DNA of 64,000 bases from Squalus acanthias. Lineage: Eukaryota. This document shows positions 51,741 to 63,979 of the stretch, piece by piece; position 1 is the stretch's first letter, and every line of letters starts with the position of its first letter. The stretch lies in contig CM059432.1 in the NCBI GenBank assembly GCA_030390025.1, forward strand, positions 153,328,001 through 153,392,000, in the 5' to 3' direction. Below the pieces are notes generated by a model. The model saw nothing but the letters and a program-made list of their open reading frames with translations. It had not been told where the DNA came from and did no database searches. The position numbers and the translations under genes are program-made.

Positions 51741-53288
51741 TATAATAGCACAATTGAATATTGTTGGATGAATGACACTAATTAACTTTGCTGGATTAAC
51801 TGCATGATTTAGTATCACTGGATTAACAATACTAATTACCACCATTGGAGTAACTGCTCTATGTAACGCTGCTGGATGATCAGAAATATTAAACATCACT
51901 AGGTAAACACCATGAATTAATATTGTTGGATTAACTGTACTATTTAACATCATTGGATTAATGGTATTACTTGATATAGCTAGATTAATATTGTTGGATT
52001 AACTACATGAATTTAATGTCACTACTTAACATCACTGGATTAACTACAGTACCTAATATCACTGGATTTAAAGCCTGAAATAATATTGCTGGTTAACATC
52101 ACTACTTAACATCACTCAGTTAACAGTGTTTATTAGCACGACTGGGTTAAAGCACAATTTAACAACATTTCTTAACGTGGTTGGAATAACAGTACTATTA
52201 GCAACATTGGATTAACAACATTTATAAACATCACTGGATTGATAGTATTATTTAATGTAGCTGGATTAAAATCACTAGATTAACAGAACTGTGCTAGGCT
52301 CTGACCCCTGTTGGTCCTGTGGGATGGTTCTGTGCATCGATCACTCTGAGTGTGTTGGAAACTCTGGATATTAATTCTAGAAGAGCCTGATTTTCTTGTG
52401 GAGTAGCTACAGATGTTAATGTCCTACCAAAGGTTTAGCAACCAACAGCAACGGTTTGGAACAGCAGTGAATCAGCAACAATCACACACTGGAAACTGTG
52501 GATGATGGATTGTATTAACTTAGAAAGAACGAGACAATTAAAGGAACAACAAAAAGAAGCACATAAATCGTTCAAATCTTCGAGTACTACATCAGAGAAA
52601 AAAAAACAAAGGCCACTGTGAGATGGAAGGTCTCAGCACAATGCAACAAAGAGGCTATCATTCAGCAAGTAACAACAAAAACAATATTAATTTAATATAT
52701 TCTGTATATAAAGAATATGCATTTCACAGCCAATTAACTAATTAGGTGTAATCACTGTTCTGTAGGCCATGACCAACTAATTTGCTCACAGCAAAGTCCC
52801 AGAATCACCAATGAGCTGAATGACCAGTTAACCTGCTTCTGGAGGTGTTGGATGAGGGATAAATGCAGCCAACACACCGGGAGAACTCGATGCCCTTCTT
52901 CAAATAGTGCTGTGGGATCTTTGACATCCATCTGAGAGGACATACAGGGCCTTGGTTTAATGTCTCATCTGAAAGACGGCACCTCTGATAGTGCAGCACT
53001 CCTTCAGAACCGCACTGAAATGTCGGGCTCGATTTTTATTCCCGAGACGAGTTGGAGTCGGGTTGCGTGGTGGGCGGGTTCGGGAGCTGCTTCCGGCGGG
53101 AACAGCTGCAGATGTCTGATTTTTATTAAAGTACCTTGTTAATGTTAAGGAGGCGCGCTGGCCGGTCCAATGAGTGGGGTCGGGTCGGCTGGCCGCCTCT
53201 GATGACGTCATAATAGCAGCTGCTTTTAAAGCTGCCATCCAGCCTGAGCCTTTCCATTGTGGATTCCTGGACTTGGTTTAAACACAAT

Positions 53289-54167
53289 GGGGGAAAAATT
53301 AGGTCGCACCCCATTTGGGGCGCAAATATCGTCTGGACGCAAATATTAGCGCCTGGCGCTAATTATCGGCACTGACTGGAAACTTCACTTTTACCGCCCC
53401 GGGAGGTGAGTGCAGCGCTAAATCAGGCGCTGCACACCTGTCTTAAGGCGCAAAGGCCAAGGAGTGAGGCGCTACCTCAGAGCGCTGGCGAAGCTCATGT
53501 AATGTCAGTCAGCAATGGAACACACACACAATGGCACGGGCCAGTTCTTAAAGGGGATGGTTAATCTTGCTTTCCATCCACATCCTGTTCATTGCAGCCT
53601 TGAATCTCGGCCTGGAGAGACTTGCACATCAAATGTGCTGGAAAGAACAATGGAGAGTACCAGGCAAAGAGCTCAGAGTGCAGTTCCCACAGTCTCTGCT
53701 AAATCGATACAAGGAATGGCAAATCAAAATGAACCTGCAAAGTGCTGCTCAGTACCCAAAACTCTTTCACACAACGTTGAATCTCTCCAGAAGTCTCTCC
53801 CTCTCTCTCTCAGAATGCGTAGTTCAAAAATGCCACCAACAATAAAAGACAGGAAGAGGCCCCCTTTAAATAGCGCCCCCCCCCCCAGCCCCACAGCGAT
53901 TGATAGCGTTCCAGTCTTCTGGTCGTTGGATGCGCCAGGCGGTAAGGCAGGGGGCGCCACTCAATTTCCGCTCCGGGGCGCCACAAGGGACGTCACAATC
54001 TGCGCGCGCAGGTGGTTGCAGCGGTAAAGTTTAGCGCCGCCGCACAATCTCTAGTTAAGTTCCCGAGCGGCGCAAACATCGCTGCGCCCGGGCGTTAGCG
54101 GCTTTGCGCCCCATTAGCGCCCTCTTAAGGCGCTAACGGGAGGTGCAACCAACTGAATTTTTACCCC
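53289..54167 (+). mobile_element. Harbinger MITE, subfamily 1 (copy C)
   Basis: TIRs GGGGGAAAAATT / AATTTTTACCCC; TSD AAT (53286-53288, 54168-54170); near-identical to 34488-35380. Confidence 0.92.
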
Positions 54168-54168
54168 A

Positions 54169-56964
54169 ATGACTTCTTCCAGAGGCAAGGCAGCTCCTCA
54201 GTTTAATGATGAGTCCCTCCAAGGTCTTGTGGATGCTGTCAGTGGGCGCAGGGAGATTCTCTTCCCTCCTGATGGCCGGAGGTAGCCTCCTCAGCAGACC
54301 AAGGCAGCCTGGCTGCGCATTGCTCAGGAGGTGAGCGCAAGGTCCATTTATGCATGGTCATGGATCCAGTGCCAAAAAAGGTTTAATGATCTTGTGAGAA
54401 CATCAAAAGTGAGTATCCCATCTCACTTGCCTTCAATCTGCTTCCCTTCTCTTCTCATCACTTGCACTCTGCTTTGGAAGCCTCCTCCTTCACATCCCAC
54501 CTTACTCTTACTTCCCTTGCACACTCTCCTATCCATCTCAGTCTGTACACTGAATCACTTCACCATCCTGCCTATGCACCCCTTAGACTCGCTCTCACTG
54601 TCATGCAGTGACAACAACTAACAACGCACAGGGAGCTACCTTCCTCTTGGCACCTTACCCCATCTTCGTCTCACTCAAAGCTTCTATGGTAGGGATTATT
54701 CACACTCACTCCATCACTGTGGCTGAAACATCGCTTGTGTCCCTCCTTGCAGGAAAAGATAGCCCACAATAAGAGGGAGAGAGCAATGATTGGAGGAGGA
54801 ACAGCTTCCCTTGCAACACTGACCAGTGCTGAGGAGGCAGCAAACGAGATTGTTGGAGGTGGCGAGGACCTGGAAGTGGGCGATGGAGAGACGGGCACAC
54901 TAGAAGAAGCTGGTGACATAATAGACTGCAATGGCCAATGATGTTCATAGAGAATCGCTTTGTATCATCTGCTCAAAAGGATGTGTCTGCCACATCAATA
55001 TCAGGGGGGAGAAATTCGGTATTGGCCCGTTTGGGGCGCAATTATCGGCCGGGTGCAAAGTTTAGCACCTGGCACTAATTATCGCCTCCGACTGCAAACT
55101 TGGCTTCTATCGCCCCTGGAGGTGATTGGAGCGCTAAATCAGGCGCTACACACCTCTCTTAAGGCGCTAACGCCGAGGAGCGAGGCGCTAACTCAGAGCG
55201 CTGGCGAAGCTCGTGATGTCAGTCAGCAATGGAACACAGACACACTGGCGCCAGCCAGTTCTTAAAGGGGAGGGTCGATCTTGCTCTCCATCCACACCCT
55301 GCTCATTGCAGCCTTGAATCTCGGCCTGGAGAGACCTGTACATCAAATCTGCTGGAAAGAACAATGGAGAGGCCCAGGGAAAGAGCTCAGAGTGCAGCCC
55401 CCATAATCTCTTCTAAATCGATGCAAGGAAGGTCAAATCAAAATGAACCTGCAAAGTGCTGCTCAGTACTCAAAACTCTTTCACACAGCATTGAATCTCT
55501 CCAGAAGTCTCTCTCTCTCTCTCTCTCTCTCAGAATGCGTGGTGCAAAAATGTCACTGACAAAAAAAGGCAGGAAGCGGTCCCCTTTAAATAGCGCTCCC
55601 CCAGTCCCTTCCCGACTGCAAAACGCTCCCCTCAACCTGTCGTTGCTAGCGGCAGGCGGTAAGGCAGGGGGCACCACTCAATATCCGGTCCGGGACGCTA
55701 CCAGGGCGTTGCACGCTCGACTGACGTCACGATCTGCGGGCGCAGGAGATCGTGGCAGTAGTGTTTAGCGCTGCCGCAAAATGCCTAGTTAATTTTGCGA
55801 GTGGCACAAACATCGCCGCGCCCGGGCGCTAGTTGTTTTGTGCCTCATTAACATCCTCTTAGGGCGCTAACAGGAGGCGCAAACCAACTGAATTTTTCCC
55901 CCCAGATGTCTAATTCAAGCCTTTACTCTCCCACAGGACCATTGAGCGCCCCCTTCCCCATGATCCAGGACGAAGACCCAGACATCTCCTCAGAGGAACC
56001 TGAAGCCTCTGAGGGACCAGCGTCACCAGGACTCAACGCACCCAGCACCAGCGCAGCAACACACACCTCGGTGGGGCCATCGCGAGTTAGAGTAGTGTTG
56101 CCACCTGGTCTATCACAGCGCACTAGTGAGCATCAGCAGATGGTGGAGACAGCGACAGCAGTGGAGAGTCCTCGGCGGAGGTCGCAGCAATCTCCTAGCT
56201 CTGCTGAGCTGCATGCAGACGCTGTGCCTCTGGGGCCATCCAGAAAAAGAGCGTCTCGGGAAATACAGGAACAAGTGTAGGTGTCTTTGGAAGGGTTTGC
56301 CTCCAGGGTTAGTGCAAGTGTGGAGAGAATGGATGAGTCCATCTCTAACATCAGCACTGCCATGGTGGAGGCAATGGCGCATGAACGCACCACCATGGAT
56401 AGGATGGCAACCTCCGTGGAAAGGATGGCTACGGCCATGGAGGAAATAAGTTGCCAGAGTCAGGAAAACATGGTGACTGTTCAAAATAGAATGACATCTC
56501 TGGAGGAGCGATGGGCAGTTATTGAGCAGAGAGACCAGAGCTTCATGGACGTCTTTTTGAGGAGGACTGCCAGCGCAGATATGGGTCCTCATGGTCCCCC
56601 TGATGTGCAGCAAGGTGCTCGCCAGCCACTTGCCAGTACTGAGGTGTGGCTGACCCATGAGAGGGATGTTGTTGGCAGGACAGAAGGAAGTGTGAGCTCT
56701 TCTCAAAGTGCTCACACGACCATGCCACTGCGGAGCACTCGGTCAGAGACCCACTTTGCAGAGACAACTGAGATGGCCGTTTCAGCCCCTGCACAGCCGC
56801 AGGAAGAGCAGACTGTTGAAGAGCCCTCCCAGGCTCCCAAACCCAAAGGACACCAGCCAAAGGCATCTAAGCAGGCACAGCATCATAGTCAGCAAGGTGC
56901 CTCTACATCTGCTGAAGCCACAGGGAAAGCACCATGTAGAAGCACGCGTAAGAGAAAGATTTAG
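54169..56964 (+). pseudogene. Harbinger Myb/SANT gene (exons 54169-54408, 54753-54912, 55937-56964) with two in-frame stops
   Basis: MTSSRGKAAPQFNDESLQGLVDAVSGRREILFP..AWLRIAQEVS..QCQKRFNDL; same intron phases (0, 1) as 5218-7319; TAG at 54283 and 56278. Confidence 0.8.
55005..55902 (+). mobile_element. Harbinger MITE, subfamily 2 (copy D), in intron 2 of the Myb pseudogene
   Basis: TIRs GGGGGAGAAATT / AATTTTTCCCCC; TSD CAG. Confidence 0.88.
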
Positions 56965-59672
56965 CACCTATAGTCACAAGAGGGCTCACTTGGGTGATGT
57001 TTCTTTTTTTTCTGACTGTTGTTGGTATATTTTGTCATGTATTAAAGATAAATTATGTCAAACAGTTGATTGTGTGGCCTATGTGTTCTGGGAAATGGCA
57101 AAAGCGCATCGAGGGCTCAGGGCGACTTACATTTGTAATGTTGATGGTGAAACTGATAGGAAATAAGAGGGTCTAGCAGAGATGAAGTATGACGTTGGAT
57201 AAGTGTCGCCTGCAATCACAGAGCCATATGGTAGCCACCTATGGTTGAAGTGTAAGCTTATGCTAATGTGGTATGGCAGTGTGCATACCCTGGTTGACGG
57301 GCAGCAGTGAACTGGAGGGATGCTGCATTGGTCACAACAGGGCATGCAAGGCTCACCTCGTCCTCCTCTTCCCAGGAAGATATGTGGTGAGCCACGCGGC
57401 TGCTACTCCCCTGATTATGAGGATCAGGATGAGAGGGCATGAATGTTTCCCATCCCCTTGCTATAGATTTTATTTGAGGCAACAATCTTGCAAGCGCACA
57501 GTCGAAGTGGCCTGAAATTATTCCATTCATGACATACTGCAGATGGGTGTCAGCTTGAACAGTCACAAGGTCAGTCGATGTGCTAAATCTTATCCCATAC
57601 CTACATCGCAAAGTTGTTGTATTTGAATGTCAGCCATGTTTCAGGGGCGCTTTTAAAGCGCTCCACCAATGACTACAAATCATGTCCTCCAGCAACTCGT
57701 CTCCTTGAACCTGGCCTGTTTCTGACTAGTCGGGAAACAGGAGCCAGAAGCAGGAAAATGGGAAACCACTATGAAAATAGGAGTAGCAAGGCAGTTAACA
57801 GGCTGTTAACTGCCTTAACTACCTGTCCCACCGGTTGGATACGGGTCAGTTTGGGAGCGGCTAAACAGACACTCAGGAAAATCGGGTGGAGGCGGGTTGG
57901 GTGTCTGAAGCCATTTTTCCCGATTTTCCAAACAGACCCGCCTCCTCGGGGCGATTAAAATCGAGCCCGTCATCTTAGTTTATGTGCTCAATCCTGGAGC
58001 GGGGCTTATACTGAAGTTATTTAATAAGGTTAGCCCAATACTGTATATAAATGAGGGCCTTGGATGAGTTTGTTATTGGGGTGTGTGAGTAGCACTCTGC
58101 TCTTTGTTACAGTTTGGGATCTTTGTCCACCTGGAGAGACAGAGATCACTTTGGATTAACATCTCTCCATGAGGGTGATAACCCCAGCAATGATGGAGGT
58201 CTTTAATGCTGTCCTCAGTATCCCCAAAGAAAGGACTATCAACCAGATCACTATCTAGTGACCCTTTCTTTTGGAAGAGTCCGTGTGGGCCTTTGTACAT
58301 GGATGGTGAATGGGTCACACTCGGCTGTGACAGTCTTGCAGTGAGCTAGCTGCCGGACTGTCACAAGTCTTGTCATGAGAGCTATCTTCCAGTTGGATAT
58401 AGACTCCAAAATTTCTGGTCCAACGGCAACAACATTGGCATGAGCTTTCAGTGCAAAAGTGTAAGAAGTCCGCACACGATTGTATACAGGTCAGAAAATT
58501 CTCAAAGAAGAAAGCAATACTAAGTTCTGAAATTATTGGTGGTTCTATCATTTTCAGAAGATCTTGGCTTGTACAATAAACACCGCAACATTTGCTCGTT
58601 CTCCTTTTTCGTGCCAAGTAGGTTGCCCGAGCAAACTAAGAACAAGCACAGCAGCAAGGATGCTTGGTTGCACTTTGGCAAACAGAAGGGACCTTTAACC
58701 TACCTGGAACAGCAATGCTTCCTGCAGTTGGATGGTCCATTTCTAAAATAAGGTCATTATGTATAACCTAGAAAAAGAAATAATAAATGTAGGTTTAGTT
58801 ACCACCATATGTCAATGTTTTAAAACAAACTACGAATTGTGTTCGTATAAACCACTTGTAATTCATGGCTATTATTATAAAGAGCGACTCTGCGAATATA
58901 TGGCCCCCTTCTGTAAAATTTTATGATTCTATGATCGCAGGGAGACAGGGCTACAGCACTGTAGCCTTGATTCTCTATCCACAAGTAAATCTCCCCACTG
59001 GGAGCACAGGATTGTGGAAAAATCTCTACAGAGACTGATTGGTCGACATCTCACAGGCCTAAGGCTGTCATATCACTTAAGTAAAACCCTCTAAAAGGTC
59101 AAACTTGTAGTTAATCACTAATAATCGACGGTAGCTAAACTACAGTAGTGTCCTGCATCAAAATAAAAATACATTTATTCATATATATTGCTTTGAAGGT
59201 GATCATTCTTAGCAGACTCTCCAACTATACATTTTGCCACAATTTTCAGGAACAAAAGTGTTCCATCGCCATATATTGACTGAATTTTGAGAGTTAGAAA
59301 ACATAATGTACATGTACTGTACTCCTACATGAATTCCAGGCACTTATTTTCTAGGGCAATTTATTACCACATTAACCTATTTATGGGCTCCTCCATGAAT
59401 GCCTGCATTCAGCTGTTTCAGAGAAGCGTGCACGTTAGATTGATGGAGGGCATGTGGTCTCTATTCAGCATCACAGCTCCATATTATTAATGTCGATAGG
59501 ATTGGTCTCCAGAGTATTTGCTAAAAAAAATAAATGTTTGCCAGAAACTGAAAAGGCAATGTGGAATGGAGATGTTGCATTGGACCCTTAATCCTACATC
59601 CCTGCAGGAAATCAGTGCTCCTGTGTAAAGGAACACTTCTTCATATAAAATAGTTTAACTAGAATAGACAAA

Positions 59673-60443
59673 GGGGGAGAAATTCACTATCACCCCATTT
59701 GGGGCGTTAATTTTTAAAAGTTTGAAAAGCTAGCGCCAGGCGCTAATGATTTCAAACTTTTGAAAAATTCGACGTTTTGCGCTCCAGGAAGGAAGTGGAA
59801 TGCTAAATCAAACGCTCCACTTCCTTCTTGGAGCGCAATTGGCAGCCGGCGGGGCGGAGACTTCAGCAGTGTTGTACACTGGGCCGTGCAGCGCTGCCGC
59901 GTTCAAAGGCTCCTTCCCTCCCTTAAAGGGAAGGGCCATCGCTGCAGGCTCTGCAATAGAAAAAGTACCTACCTGGACCACCAAGGCAGCCGTGATCCCA
60001 CGCGATCAGCTCGGCTCTCAAGCAGAGTGCCGGGCTGATCGATCGCAGGCAGCAACCCGCAAATAAAACTGGAACAAGAAAGGTAAGTTTTTTTTCCCAC
60101 TTACCTCGGCCACCTCGCCTTTAATCATCGCCCCTGAAGCGGCCGGCCGCCCGATGCACGCCTCCTGTAGCTGTCGGTGTTTTCAACCGTCGCTGCTGCA
60201 GGGGGCGGAAGTCAATTTCGGGTCCGGGCGCTACCGGGGCGATGCGCACGGCGATGACATCACGATCTCCAGGCGAAGGAGAACGGGGCGCAACGCTGTA
60301 GCGCTGCTGCAAAACTCCTGCCGACTATGGTGGGAGTTGATGTCAGCGCCACGCCCGGTCACAAAGTCATTTGCACCCTGTTAACGCCCCCAATAATCCC
60401 GGGGGAGCTAACGGGAGGCGCAACGGCACCCAATTTCGCTCCC
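59673..60443. mobile_element. Harbinger MITE, third related subfamily (copy E)
   Basis: TIRs GGGGGAGAAATT / AATTTCGCTCCC; TSD AAA; shares ccccatttggggcg, tagcgccaggcgcta and ctaacgggaggcgcaa subterminal blocks with the full-length element. Confidence 0.78.
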
Positions 60444-60529
60444 AAAGGGTCTTAATGTCGTAAAATGGGGAGGGACGGGGGGGGGGTGTATTTTACTTCA
60501 CATTTCTCCCTCCCTCACTCTCACACAGT

Positions 60530-62527
60530 GGGTTGGATTTTCTCAGCGGTGTCGGGATAGATATTTCCCGGCTGGCTCGCTCCCGGCTGCAGCCGCTCTG
60601 TCAACGGGACTTTCTCTTGATCGGCCTTGTTAAGCCTGCCCTGCGGGCAATTAACAGGAAGCGGGTCTGATGACGTCATTTGATGACGCGTCATCAGCCC
60701 AATTCCTTAAAGGGACCACAGCCACATTGAGCTTGACAGTTGTTCTGTCAGTGTTTGACAGCATTGAGGTGCTGCAAACACTGACAAGCACCGCACAAAG
60801 ATGCAGGGTTGCACCCAGGCTCTCCAATGACTCCCTCCATATGCTTATGGAGGGAGTCACAGCACGCAGAGAGGTTATCTTCCCTTCCAAGGGCGGAAGA
60901 GACCTCCCCAGGACAGCAACGCAGCCTGGTTGCATATTGCACAGGAGGGCAAAAGCAGGGATGTCGTCAGGGGTCCCTGGCTGCAGTGGCGCCAACCTTT
61001 CAATGATCTCAGTGGATCATGAAATGTTACTGCAAAGCCACACTCAAACTCACCCCGCTGTGCCACTCAACACATGCCCATCACTCTGCCTTCCCTACCC
61101 TTCTCCTGCACATCCTTACTCACACCAACTTACCTTGCACCTCCACCCATCCCTCTCTATCTACATTATCAATTCCCTATCTTACTAGCCACCCCTCACA
61201 CTCACCCTCATCCTACTGCAAGCATACTAACTAACAACACACAAGGGTAGACACTTGAGAGGTTTAGCAAATGTCCATGTGAAGTTTCTGGTAATGTATT
61301 GTCATAGAGTGAAATCTATATTTTCAACACTGCCCCTTATTGGACAGATCTGAGCGCACCTTGAGAAGTGTCTTACTGAGTTCCAGTGAATGTTGAGACA
61401 TAACTTTCTCCCCCCCCCCTCCCCCCGCTATAGTGATGAGTGTGTATGGAATGACTTGGACATTAAAGGGATGCTTTACGGTGCTGGTGTGGGATGGTGT
61501 CAACCTGGCACATCATGTAGCAGCCAGGGTTTACAGTGTCAAGTGAAGTAAATCTGGCCATGGTAATGCCATCGCTGGCCTCCCGGGCAGCAATGTTGTC
61601 AGGGGCTGATGCCCTGTGTCCTGTGCAACATCACAGAATCACAGAATCCCCACAGTGCAGATAGAGGCCATTTCGGCCCATCGAGCCTGCACCGACACAT
61701 ATCCCACCCTATCCCCGTAACCCCACGTATTTAATCCCCCTAACACTAAGGGTCAATTTATCATAGCCAAATCAACCTAACCCGCACATCTTTGGACTGT
61801 GGGAGGAAACCGGAGCACCCGGAGGAAACCCACGCAGACACGGGGAGAATGTGCAAACTCCACACAGACAGTCATCAAGTGATGGCGGAGAAGTGTTGTT
61901 GGTCCTGCTGGTGTTGGTGTTGGGGCTGAGCGTAGAAGGAATCAGAGGAGCAAGGTGAGACAGTTTCTAGGGCACCAATGTTGCTGCAATAGGTGTCAGC
62001 TGCAGGTGAGATGACAGAAGCGATCTGTCAATGGTGAGAGAGGTTGTTCCAATGAGGTGGCACTGGACATACATTGGCTCTAAACATGTGCAAGCTAAAG
62101 AAATCTCTATATGTATTACAAATGCAGTATCCAACAGTTTCTGCACTCTGAAACTGACCATTTGCAACATGGCATCCTTTACACCACTTCTGCAGCTGTC
62201 AGCTTATCAGAAACATCAGACCAGACTCAAATTCCGCCAGGGTGAGCTGGCGTGTTCCCCGAGCAGCGGGAAACCCGTGGAGAAGCACGTAAAATTGGAA
62301 GGAAGCCTCAAAATACCATTAAATTGGCTCTTAACAAGCCATTTAATGAGCTCAATGGTCTCCCCGCCACTTGGTGTCGGGTCAGTTCTCCGCTGACAGA
62401 CCCGACAGCTGGGAGACTCGCGTGGAGGCAGGTTGACAGCGGGTTACTTACCCGCCGTCAATCTTTGCTATTTTGACAGCGAACCCGTCTCCAAACCCGC
62501 CCTCTGAGCGCCCGCAAAATCAAGCCC
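60530..62527. mobile_element. Non-autonomous Harbinger (family of 25625-27397) with an inserted SINE
   Basis: TIRs GGGTTGGATTTT / AAAATCAAGCCC; flanks AGT/ATT; Myb remnant APRLSNDSLHMLMEGVTARREVIFP. Confidence 0.75.
61632..61873 (-). mobile_element. HE1-like SINE, 5'-truncated
   Basis: Reverse complement of the V-domain and body of 20-447, with a different (TCTGTGAT)n tail. Confidence 0.8.
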
Positions 62528-62619
62528 ATTCTATTCATCTCTCACACACATCCTTCCGATCTCTCATACATACAATGTCTATCTCTGTCTCCCTCACACA
62601 CACCACCCATCTCTCCCTC

Positions 62620-63055
62620 ATACACTCTGGAATTCCATCCCTAAACTCCTCCAGCTCTTCACCACCCTCTCCTCCTTTAAGATCATCCTTAAAACATACC
62701 AAGCATTTGGTCACTCTTCTTAATATCTCCTTTCTTGGCTCAGCGTCCATTTTTGTCTGATTACACCTCTGTGACACACTTTGATATGTCTTTCTATGTT
62801 AACGTCACTAAATAGAAACATAGAAACATAGAAAAATAGGAGCAGGAGTAGGCCATTCGGCCCCTCGAGCCTGCTCCGCCATTCAATATGATCATGGCTG
62901 ATCCTCTATCTCAATACCATATTCCCGCTCTCTCCCCATAGCCCTTGACGCCTTTTGTGTCTAGAAATCTATCTATCTCCTTCTTAAATATATTCAGTGA
63001 TTTGGCCTCCACAACCTTCTGTGGTAGAGAATTCCAAATGCAAGTTGTTGTTGTT
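62620..63055. mobile_element. L2 3' remnant (+) interrupted by a CR1 3' fragment (62813-63037, -)
   Basis: ctctggaattcc..ctcctttaag..taaat|gcaagttgttg is split by agaaacatagaaacatag..aggagcaggagtaggccattcggccc. Confidence 0.65.
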
Positions 63056-63870
63056 GGGTCTATATATGGCCCAGAAGAACAGAGTGGAGAGGCAAAATGG
63101 CCACTGGACAGATTATTTACCAGATGATTTGGAACTCTGGTTTCCTACACTAATAAAAAACAAACTTGCATTTATAGCATCTTTTACACTCTAAGGGCAT
63201 TCCAGAGCACTTCACAGCCAATGAATTGCTTTTGAAGTATCGTTACTCTTGATTTGTAAGAGCCAATTTATACACAGCAAAGTCCCACAAACAACAATGA
63301 ACTAAATGACCAGTTAACCTGTTTTGGAGGTGTTGGTTCAGGGATGAATGTTCATCAGGACAACTGCACCCTTAGGGAACATGGAACTGCTCTGCATTTC
63401 AATAAATTGAGCTTAAATCATTAGTAAAAGTAATGTATCTTTTCACGTAGATGATGATTCTCCAGTCAAAAGGTCAAGTAGGCATCTCCTAGGCCTTTGC
63501 AAACTGCACTCTTGAAATAGCCACTAGCGGTTATACAAAATCAGCCTGTGGCTTTTCCCTGCCTCCTGCTCCTAGTCTGTATTCAACACCTCCTCCTGTT
63601 GGCACAGTGCAGAATGAGGATTCAATAGGTGGAAAATTTGGGCCATGAGGCTGGACCTTACAACTGAGTGATATAGTGTGTTGGACAAGCACTGTAGCCA
63701 GCCTTTACGACTATTTCCAACTCTAAAAGACATTCAGTATTCAATAGGTTTGATGATCAATTGTCATTCAGTCCTTGTAATCGTTGCTGTGCTTAAAGAT
63801 AGCAAATTTCATCAAATGTTTCTAATGAAAACTCCCTACTGAATGTCTATCAGCTCATTCATCACTCAAT

Positions 63871-63979
63871 GGAGTAGATCTTGACTTTGTGCGATAGTGT
63901 GAAACGGGTAAGAGCGAGTCGGCAGCCGTTTTACATCTCTCCCATTTTACACTATTGCACAAAGTCAAGATCTATCACA
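63871..63979. mobile_element. Small palindromic MITE
   Basis: tagatcttgactttgtgcgatagtgt..acactattgcacaaagtcaagatcta inverted arms; related pieces at ~24660-24740. Confidence 0.6.

Larger units (their letters stand above)
53025..57968. mobile_element. Older Harbinger carrying a 3-exon Myb/SANT pseudogene and no recognisable transposase; hosts two MITEs
   Basis: Perfect TIRs GGGCTCGATTTT / AAAATCGAGCCC; TSD GTC (53022-53024, 57969-57971); inserted in a Deu SINE. Confidence 0.85.

Noticed and set aside
35380..51753. Giant ORFs of 250-1400 aa as real genes
   Set aside because: They arise from a 27-bp unit with a stop-free frame on each strand; recurrent stops, no gene context. Kept only as a hypothesis.
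34488..54167. Composite transposon carrying the satellite
   Set aside because: Each MITE has its own TSD (TAT vs AAT), both outer ends are the same end type, and C is nested in another element.
34621..55768. Recurrent ~170-aa MEHTHNG/MEHRH ORFs (34621, 53515, 55229; also 20660)
   Set aside because: Translations of MITE sequence; similarity reflects copy identity and the C-termini differ by frameshifts.
58315..58617. Cys-rich 100-aa ORF
   Set aside because: Non-ATG start and no recognisable domain pattern; cannot be supported.
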